Assembly (NCBI GenBank): GCA_964019335.1
Contig: OZ025649.1
Location: 744,001-808,000 of the forward strand
Direction of reading: 5' to 3'
DNA: 64,000 nt
DNA from: Diplonema japonicum
Taxonomy: Eukaryota; Protista; Euglenozoa: Diplonemea
Part shown: positions 56,046-64,000 of the stretch, one piece after another
Layout of the letters: the number at the start of each line of letters is the position of its first letter
Position numbering within the stretch: the first letter of the stretch is position 1
Translations under genes and position numbers: made by a program
Notes under the pieces: model-generated
The model's input: only the letters and a program-made list of their open reading frames with translations
Database searches by the model: none
Told to the model about the DNA's origin: nothing

Positions 56046-57458
56046 ATGACGAAGCAGCTAGCCATCCTAGCCACCGTGCTGCTCAGCGTTGTGTGCGAGG
56101 ATGACGTGGACAGCTGCCTTATAGCGTACACCAACGACAAGTGTGAAGGGGAGGGTGTGATGCAGGGCAACTTCAAGACACCACACGGGGTAGAATGGGG
56201 TTACAAGACCGGTGTGTGCAACGCTGGGGACTACGGCTCCTTGGCGGATCGTAACCACGGGAAGTGTGAGAATGAGGACAAGGTCTGTAAACAGGCGCTG
56301 GCCACCTGTGATGAGTCCACGTGTCTCAAGCCCGAGTGTGCCTTGTACAGCTGGTGCTGGAGGGAGGTACCTAGTTGCAGTAGGAACCTGACGCTCCATC
56401 CTCAGTACAATAAGAAATCTATCAAGACTCTCCACTCTGCGAAGGACATCTGTACTCACTTTGGGGACCTCGGGAAGGGGTGGAGGGTACCCACCATTGG
56501 AAGTATCGCAGTGGTGAGCAACAACTTGACATTGGCCTCTAGCAGAATCTGCAACATGTCTAGCTTGACCTTCCTCATCGACGCTACACACAACGCACAA
56601 GGCGTGTGGGTGTCGTCGAACGGCACTGTGCTCACCTTCAACAAGACCGACTGGGCACCCGGCCATCCTAAGAAGGGCTGCACCATGGCAGCCCTCGTCA
56701 ACGTGAACCACACGCTGAAGCTCACGACGCTAAACAACGCGACGGACGACTTCACAAACGTGAGCGTTCTTTGCGATGTGGAGGAGAGGGTCATTGCACT
56801 ACCGACACCTAGACCAACGGACCCTCAAGACGGGGACTGCACTGCACTTAAGCCAGAGGAAGGGACGACCTTGAAGGCGTGCTCCGAGAAAGGCTGCAAC
56901 ACAGAGTACACTGCGAAGCATGAAGCACTTCAAAAGTGCTGCGAATACGGCCCTGGGTGTCTGGGCGTGATCGAGACGCCAGTGCCTGTATTCCTTCTTG
57001 GCACTGACAACCTGACGGACCCCCTCTCGGAGGGGTTCACGCACAGACGTACAGCGCAGTCTTTCGTTACACCCGCCCCGAAGCCTATGTACGATGGTTT
57101 GAACCCTGTGCTGGTGGGCACGCTGGCGACGTTGGTTGTAGTGACATTCTACTGTGCTATAGGAATGGCACTGAGAGTGCAACAAGGGGAGACATCTTGC
57201 CCGGAAGTGCTCCCGCACTATGAGTTCTGGGGTAGACTTCTGAGCGACTGTGGCATGTGCTGTGCGAACGTATGCTTTACATACATGTGGGGGAAAAAGA
57301 AAAGAATAATTCCTCAGATTTGTCAAGTTTTATCCAACGCCCGTCCTGGTTACGGCTCCCTCGCAATGGACGATCTGGTATGTGCTGTGAAGAAGAAATA
57401 TGTTATCCGTACACCCCCGCAGGACATGGTTGACAACGATCCTATACCGGAGACGTAA
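56046..57458 (+). CDS. Membrane protein with C-type-lectin-like domain and M6PR/ATG27-like TM tail; probable in-frame introns 57270-57317, 57378-57422
   Basis: Signal peptide; WVSSNG..TDWAPGHP..C; FYCAIGMAL..EVLPHYEFW. Confidence 0.7.
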   Translation: MTKQLAILATVLLSVVCEDDVDSCLIAYTNDKCEGEGVMQGNFKTPHGVEWGYKTGVCNAGDYGSLADRNHGKCENEDKVCKQALATCDESTCLKPECALYSWCWREVPSCSRNLTLHPQYNKKSIKTLHSAKDICTHFGDLGKGWRVPTIGSIAVVSNNLTLASSRICNMSSLTFLIDATHNAQGVWVSSNGTVLTFNKTDWAPGHPKKGCTMAALVNVNHTLKLTTLNNATDDFTNVSVLCDVEERVIALPTPRPTDPQDGDCTALKPEEGTTLKACSEKGCNTEYTAKHEALQKCCEYGPGCLGVIETPVPVFLLGTDNLTDPLSEGFTHRRTAQSFVTPAPKPMYDGLNPVLVGTLATLVVVTFYCAIGMALRVQQGETSCPEVLPHYEFWGRLLSDCGMCCANVCFTYMWGKKKRIIPQICQVLSNARPGYGSLAMDDLVCAVKKKYVIRTPPQDMVDNDPIPET

Positions 57459-57826
57459 GTAGTGTCGCCCCTTCTTCCCTTTTTTCCCATCCTTACACAG
57501 CCTCCCCTTTCGTCCCTTCTTTATTTATTCCGGATTTCTTGTTAGGAAGAGGAAAGCAAAAGGGATTGGGGGTAAAAGAAGAACGCATATAAAGTTTTCT
57601 GTCTCAATATGAGGGGTGATCTATAAAGGAGGGCAGGGTGCGAAGAGGTGCTAGGGGGCCTAAGTATCCAACAGTTATTTGCTATTCCATTTTTCTTCCC
57701 TTGATTAGTTTTTTAAGACCCCCCCTTATTTCCCCCCTTTTATCCTTGTTTTCTACCCTCCCCCCCGCTTTTTGTTGCACGTTCTTCATTCAGCTTGGTA
57801 CTGTATAGGTCCTTTGTAACCCTGAA

Positions 57827-59545
57827 ATGTCTGAAGGTCTGAAGGTAAGGTTCAAGGAGTTGAGGAGATCTGATAGCTCGCCTGCTGCGCTGATTGCAGT
57901 GACTGAGGAAGAGGAGGTGCTCCCAGCAGGGGAGAAGAGGATGTCACTACCACCTTCGGCAAGCACTGGGATCTTGATGGGCAAGCCTGTCCCAGACCAC
58001 GTGGAGCCACTAGATAATGAGGAGGCTGAGGATTTAGACACTGAGACAGACGACGGTGACGAGCTTGAGAACGAGGACCTCATGGGGCCGCTGCGGGACA
58101 GTGCTCTGTCTCCCAAGGCTAAGCACTCACAGCCCCTCTCACTGGCCCACGAGTGGACCATGTGGTTCGACAAGATCACCGCCAAGCCCGACGAGAACAG
58201 CGAGAAGACCATCTACGAGGACTGCATAGTGGAGCTAGGCTCGTTCGACACCGTCAAGGGCTTCTGGGCCTATTGGAACTCCCTCACAGTAGAGAACCTT
58301 AAAGACTGCTGCAACCTCCGCGTCTTCCGCAAGGGCGTCAAGCCCCTCTCCGAGGACGCTAACAACAAGAACGGCGGCAAGTGGGTCGTCCGAGGCGTCC
58401 CTGCTGGCCTCAGAAGGGACCTCTGGACCGACCTTGCCCTCGTACTCATCTCCGAAAAGCTCCAGGAGTACACAGGCAACACCGTCTGCGGTGCTGTGAT
58501 GTCAACAAGAGAAGGTGGGGACTCCCTGCAGGTCTGGGTGGATGGAAGGGACGATGATACAGAGTACACAAGAAGATCTTTGAAGAGGCTGTTTTTCCCT
58601 AGGGTCAAGCTGTCGTATTCTAATTTCATCTACCAGACGCACCAAGAGCTACAAGGGAAGCACCCCACAGAGACTCTTGAGGAGGCGGAGGAGGACTCCA
58701 TCCCCTATGATCTGATGCCCACGTCGCCGACGGAGCACGCTTGCAGGCAGGGGATGCCCAGCCAGGCGCAGTATTACCCTCCGCGGTGGAACCAGCCTTC
58801 GGAGTCCCCTCAGCATGCTCATTCCCAGGGCATGCACCCGCAGCAGGGCATGATGCCACCGGGGTTTGGAAACATGCATTTTTTCAATAGGCATTCGCCT
58901 GTCATATCACCTGTGCAGCCACCGTTGGTTAGAAAGCACTCCGAGAGCAGCACGCTCACCACGATGACCGACCCCAGCAGCACAGAGTGTTACGACGACG
59001 ACGACAGTCTGGGTGTCATGTTTGAGTATGCATTGCACAACACACCATTCATTCCATTAGTGGCGACTTGCCTGACGAGATCAAGCTCATCCAGGAGAGG
59101 GCCAAGCAGGTCCGGACCTTGAAGAAGAAGATAAGGTACATCAGCTTCTTCCTCCAAAGGCAGTGCAAAGGGAGAGAGTTAACTGTCTCCGAGAAGCAGA
59201 AGATTAAGTCGCTCCCACAACTGCAGAGCGAGTTACAAATGCTAGAAGTGCAGCAGCACCAGGAGGTCGAGCAGCAGAAGAAGGTCTTGGGGGTGGAGAA
59301 CCTTGACTTCCTCAGAAAGCCGCAGCAATCTATGGTGTACGCCTCCGAGTCGGAGAAGAGGTTTAAACTGATCCGATCCCTGAAGAAGAAGGTCAGGTTC
59401 GTGCACTACCACATCGAGAGGCAAAAGCAGGGGAAGCCCTTGTCGGCTGCGGAGTTGGCGAAGGTGCAGTCGCTACCGGAGCTTGAGGCGAACCTGGCTG
59501 AGCTGGAAGCCATCGAAGGCCCTAGGTTCAAGAGCAAGAAAAAGA

Positions 59546-59599
<54 letters not shown>

Positions 59600-60259
59600 T
59601 ACAGCAGCAGCAGCAACAGCAGCAGCAACAAGAACAGCAAATGCGTCAGGCACAGTTGCAGCAAGAGGCTGCCATGAACAGCAACCCCATGCCTGTTATG
59701 AATGCGCAGTACCAGTCTATGACGCCAGACCAGCTCCCGCTGCAGGCGGGGGCCAAAGGGCCCGCTGTGTTCGAATTGGCAGGGCTGCAGGCGCAGATAT
59801 CAGCACAGAGAAAAGAGTTAGAGGATAGACAGAAGAGGATCGACAACATCATCAAGGTGCAGAGGCAGCCTCCGCAGCCACCCCCACAGCAGCAGTACGT
59901 GCAGTACCCGCAAACCCACTACGCACATTCCCCTCATGCAGCCCCGACGCCGATGCACAACATGATCGACAGGTGTGGCGGGAGGTTACCTTTTCTTTTT
60001 TAAACAAGAAGGGAAGAAGGGGAAAAAAAAGGAAAGAAAAAAGAAAAAAAAAAAAAAAAAAAAAAAAAAAAACACAGTTGTCAATACAACTACGGTCACA
60101 ACAACTATGGATACTACAACTTGCAGTCCCCAAGTGGTGGTCCCCCTCCCTTGGAGTCGCCGAGTATGTGAGAAGGTGAATGGAACTAAACCCCCCCCCC
60201 CCCCCCCCTCCCCTCCTGTAGTGATGTCGCCCCCTATGTCGCCAAATGCAAGGGTTTGA
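57827..60259 (+). CDS. eIF4E: Extended eIF4E-family protein with two C-terminal helical repeats and polyQ; introns 59026-59060, 59973-60077, 60164-60221
   Basis: HEWTMWFD, SFDTVKGFWAYW, FRKGVKPLSEDANNKNGGKW, CGAVMSTR, LQVW; three GT-AG introns join the ORFs in frame to TGA at 60257-60259. Confidence 0.85.
59548..59640 (+). repeat. CAG/CAA polyglutamine repeat
   Basis: About 30 CAG/CAA codons. Confidence 0.9.
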
Positions 60260-62484
60260 AAAAGAAAGATACGAAACAAAAGAATACGAAAGGTGGAAGG
60301 GGGGGGGGGAGAAAACGAAAAAAAAGAAAAGATCCTCGGAGAGTTCTTGCCCCAATTTCTTTCTTTCTTTCCTTCATTTCTTTTTTCTTTTTCTGCAAAC
60401 GTATTTACTTAAGGAGGAAAGAGTCTTGGTCTCTTTTTTTTTTTTTTAAAGCCTCCGCGGGCAATAACTTTTAAATTGTGTGGGGACGGGCTAACAGAGA
60501 GAATGTGAAAAAAGAATTTTTTTTTCCCCTCAAAGGGGACCCCAGCCAGCTGTACTATTCCACACTGTTCAGTGGTACATTGTTCGGATACTGCTGACGA
60601 AGAAAAGAAGACGGGAAAAAAAAAAAAAAAAGGATTTTTGCCACCAAAGACCCTCTTAGGGCCTCCCCCTTTCGCCCCTCTGTCCCTCTATCTTGTGCCG
60701 CTCCCACCCCCACTCCTGCTACTTCTCTTTTTCCTTCTCCTCTGCACAACGGAAGCAGATTGGTACTGTATACTACTAAAAGTAACAAACAAAGAAGAAA
60801 AAAAAAAAAAAAAAAAAAGAAACCGGGGTAATTTATTTTTAAAAGGACGGCTCTACTTATGTAACGTAAAGAAGCCGGATGCCCGAAAAATCGTTTTATG
60901 TCTGAGGAGCGAAGCACAGAGGCGTAAACACACCCTGAGGCAACTCCTCTTTCGTATTGTAGCCAGGTGCCTTTCAGAGAATTGTCTTACATTTTTTTTT
61001 TCCCTCTTTCTTTTTCTCGGTGGGAGGGAGCGGAAATCAAGAGGTGTGCTGCAAAAAAAAAAGAAAAGAAGAAGGAGAAAAAAAAAAGAAGAAAAGAAAA
61101 TAAATTTAAAGGGGGGGGACCTCCCTTTCTAGGTGAGGGCCCTTTTTTTTTATGGGGTGTTGTTTTTTATTTTTTTTTAAGGGGCGTCTCACAAAGACTT
61201 CCTTTATCTCATATATATTTTTATTTTGTGGAATATGGTGGTTGGGGGTTTTTTTTTTATTTTTATTTTATTTTATAAGGGTTCCTGACCATATCCTTTT
61301 CACAAGGCAGTCCACGTGCTGTATCAGTCAGCAAGGGTCAGAAATATTTTTTTTTTAAAGATAGATATTCTAACCAATGCCCCATGTAAAGCAGGGGCGG
61401 TCCGATCTTAGTCAGCGTTAGTACCATACAAATAATAAATAGAATTCCCCCCCCATTCCCCTCTTTTTTGAGGTTGCTGCTTTTCCTCTCTCTCTCTCTT
61501 TTCTGGGGAGATTAAACTAGAGACTAAAAAGAAATAAAGTAGGAGGTAAGCCTTCCACGGTGAGAGGATTCCGGCATAGTACGTGCAGTACTTCTCTTTG
61601 TTTTTTGTCTCTAGGATACACTCCCCCCCCCCCTTTTTTTATACATTATTTACACTTAAGAAGCTGTCACGCACTATTTTACTCCCAGTCTTTTTTCTTT
61701 TTTGAAAAAGAAAAGGCCCGAGTGGCTTCGCAGATCAGCAGGGAAATACAAGCCCCTCCCACTTTATATTTACTCTATTGCTTTCAAAGGATTTACACTT
61801 TATTTTTTTGACCCAGTAGGCACTCAAAGAATTTTTTTTGTGATCATTTATTTCCCCCCTTTTTTTTTCTCGAGGTGCATTGCCAAGAGGGAAGGGGGGA
61901 AATAGAAAAAAGAGGAAGGAGGGAAAAAAAAGAAAGAAAAGAACGGAGAAGAGAAAAAAAGAAAGGAAAAAAAAGAAAAAAGAAAAAAAGGAAGAAGAGA
62001 ATGGGGGGAAGGGTGTGAGGGTTCAGCCCCGTCCCTCCCCCCCCCAGCATTTTCCGTAATATATATTTCTGTTTTTCTTTATTCTCTCTTTCTCCTTGTT
62101 CGGTTCTTTCTCCCCTCTCCTTTCTTTAAGAAGAAAGAAAAAAAGAAGGATAGCACCGCAGCACCTTGTACACGGCATATTCTATTCATTTTCCATGTGG
62201 TAAGCACCCCCCTCCCTTTTCTTTCTCTCTTTTATTTATTACACTCCCTCTCATTTTTTTTCTTGAATATTCGCTACTGCAAAAAAGAAAAGAAAAGAAA
62301 GAAGAAAAGAATGGAAAAAGAACGACAAAAAAAAAGAAAACAAAAAGGTTAAAAAAGAAAAAAGCGTTTTTTTTCTTCCCCCCCCCCACCCACCCACTCT
62401 CTATTCCCAGCACCCTTTTTCTCAATTGTCATATTAAGCAAAAAAAACAAAAAAAAGAAGGGGGAAAAAAAGAAAGAGAATAAA

Positions 62485-63468
62485 ATGTTCACAACACTTG
62501 AAAAGCCGTACAATGTACGGAGCAGGCCCAAAAGGGAGAAGGCGTTGAAGTGGGCGAACCTTGCAGCTGCGGTTGTGTCGTTTCTCTGTTTTGCGATAAC
62601 AGCTGCGGACGTGGACCAGCGTGCAGGGCGCAGTGTTGACAATTTTTGGTTCCCAAAGGACTGGGACCTCGACTCCGGCTTGAAGAATATCTTAGTAAAC
62701 TGCTCCTACACAGGAACCCTGTCTGTCGAAGGCTGGGATGTCCAGTACACTATGGACGAGGAAGGACGAGGCCCGATGATGGCCCATTCCGCAGCCCTGG
62801 TCCGCCGGGCAGTGTGGATCACAGGCATCAGCGTTCTGCTTTCTGCTTTGAACAAGCTTTTTTTTGACCGCAATATTCACGAGTACAGCTTAGGCGATGC
62901 TGGGATCCTCTCTGTTAGAAAGGGGTACCTAGTGGTCCTAGATGTGGGGTGTGTTGTCTGGTCCATCATAGCCCTGCAGCAACCGAACGACGAAAGTTCG
63001 TATATCGATGATTATATAAGCAATTGTACCTCTTTTGTGTCTGGTGCCAGCGCACCGGACCATTTGTGGGAAGCTCCGCCTTTTATTTTAATGTTTGTCG
63101 GGCATGGTGCCACCTTGTTCATGCACATGGTCAGCGCCACCATGTTGCTGTGTAACATGTCTGACAACCCGCAGTCCTTGCTACGCAAGCAGAGGCGGGC
63201 GCTCTTGTCCATCATCGCCATGAGGAAGTCCGACTCCTCTGGTATGGTGGCTGAGACGTCTTTCCAGCTCCTCTCTCAGGTCAAGACGATTATCTCGGCG
63301 GAGTACCTTAAGGAGGCACAGCCGGATGCCTTTCCGGAGGCTACTTATGACAACCCGTTGCCGCCGCAGCAGGTGCAGACGCAGCCCCATCTTCAGACAT
63401 TCGAGTATGATCAGTACGAGTCCCCTGGGGGGTACAACACCCCTGTTGACAATGAGGAGAAGAGGTAG
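62485..63468 (+). CDS. Multi-pass membrane protein, unknown function
   Basis: 327 aa ORF with four hydrophobic segments. Confidence 0.75.
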   Translation: MFTTLEKPYNVRSRPKREKALKWANLAAAVVSFLCFAITAADVDQRAGRSVDNFWFPKDWDLDSGLKNILVNCSYTGTLSVEGWDVQYTMDEEGRGPMMAHSAALVRRAVWITGISVLLSALNKLFFDRNIHEYSLGDAGILSVRKGYLVVLDVGCVVWSIIALQQPNDESSYIDDYISNCTSFVSGASAPDHLWEAPPFILMFVGHGATLFMHMVSATMLLCNMSDNPQSLLRKQRRALLSIIAMRKSDSSGMVAETSFQLLSQVKTIISAEYLKEAQPDAFPEATYDNPLPPQQVQTQPHLQTFEYDQYESPGGYNTPVDNEEKR

Positions 63469-64000
63469 TTTTGTAACTTTAAAAAATAGAAAGAAGAAAA
63501 AATAAAATAGAAACGTGTGAATTTATGGGGGGGGGGGGGAGTAGTTTAGAATGACTAGAATAATGAAGAAGAATAAGGGGAAATAAAAAAAAAATACAAG
63601 AATAGAACGGGGAAAAGAGGGAATAGTGAAAAGGTACACCTTTTCACGGGAAGCTTCCCCCCCCACCACTACCATTTCCTACAAGCTTTTTTTCGACCAT
63701 CCGTTGTAGCATGTCCCTGAGGCATTGTGCACGCTGGCTGCCACAGCCCGACATGTGTCACTTAAGGCTTGTAGTTGACAGTAGGTGACCGTGACCCGCT
63801 CACAAGAAAGAAAAGAAGTTCCGAGTTACCGCAATAGAGTTGAGGTAGTAATTCCGCGCACAAACCTTTTGGGTGGAAAGAACGAAGAAACAAAGTTTTG
63901 CTTTGCCGAACTGTGTTTTTTTCAGAATGAAAAGAAAAGAAGGATACGATCGGTTTCTTTGTTTTATGTTTTGTTCCCTCTTTTTTTTGTGTATATTTTT

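Noticed and set aside
1-64000. Alternative genetic code or stop read-through to explain broken ORFs
   Set aside because: Breaks are explained by GT-AG micro-introns or single indels; TAA, TAG and TGA all terminate conserved proteins.

Overview
Eukaryotic genomic DNA, most likely a euglenozoan of diplomenid type. This is an inference from unidirectional gene packing, a short Dre2, TPAPD-repeat surface proteins and an Ingi-like retroposon; no search was run. About 27 host protein-coding genes all lie on the + strand. They are separated either by 70-120 bp spacers or by homopolymer-rich deserts. Many are broken by very short GT-AG introns (28 inferred, mostly 31-40 nt, donor GTATG/GTGTG), so the raw ORF track fragments them. 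The one large minus-strand block is 19.0-27.6 kb. It holds tRNA-Asp and tRNA-Ala bracketing a head-to-tail nest of retroelements: an Ingi/I-group LINE with APE-RT-RNaseH, a 2A motif and a pseudoknotted leader; an ORF1-like gene; two near-identical ~215 bp modules; a truncated LINE; and an RT remnant. Other notable items: a complete HDV-like ribozyme fold (17036-17169) heading a structured short element just after a host stop codon; an unidentified ~390 nt structured RNA candidate divergent from tRNA-Asp; a decayed piggyBac with TIRs and TTAA target sites; an eIF4E lacking the W102 cap-stacking residue and fused to two PYM/eIF2A-like helical domains; and a DHHN pseudo-palmitoyltransferase. All structures and splice models were derived by eye. 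Homopolymer-length sequencing errors are likely.
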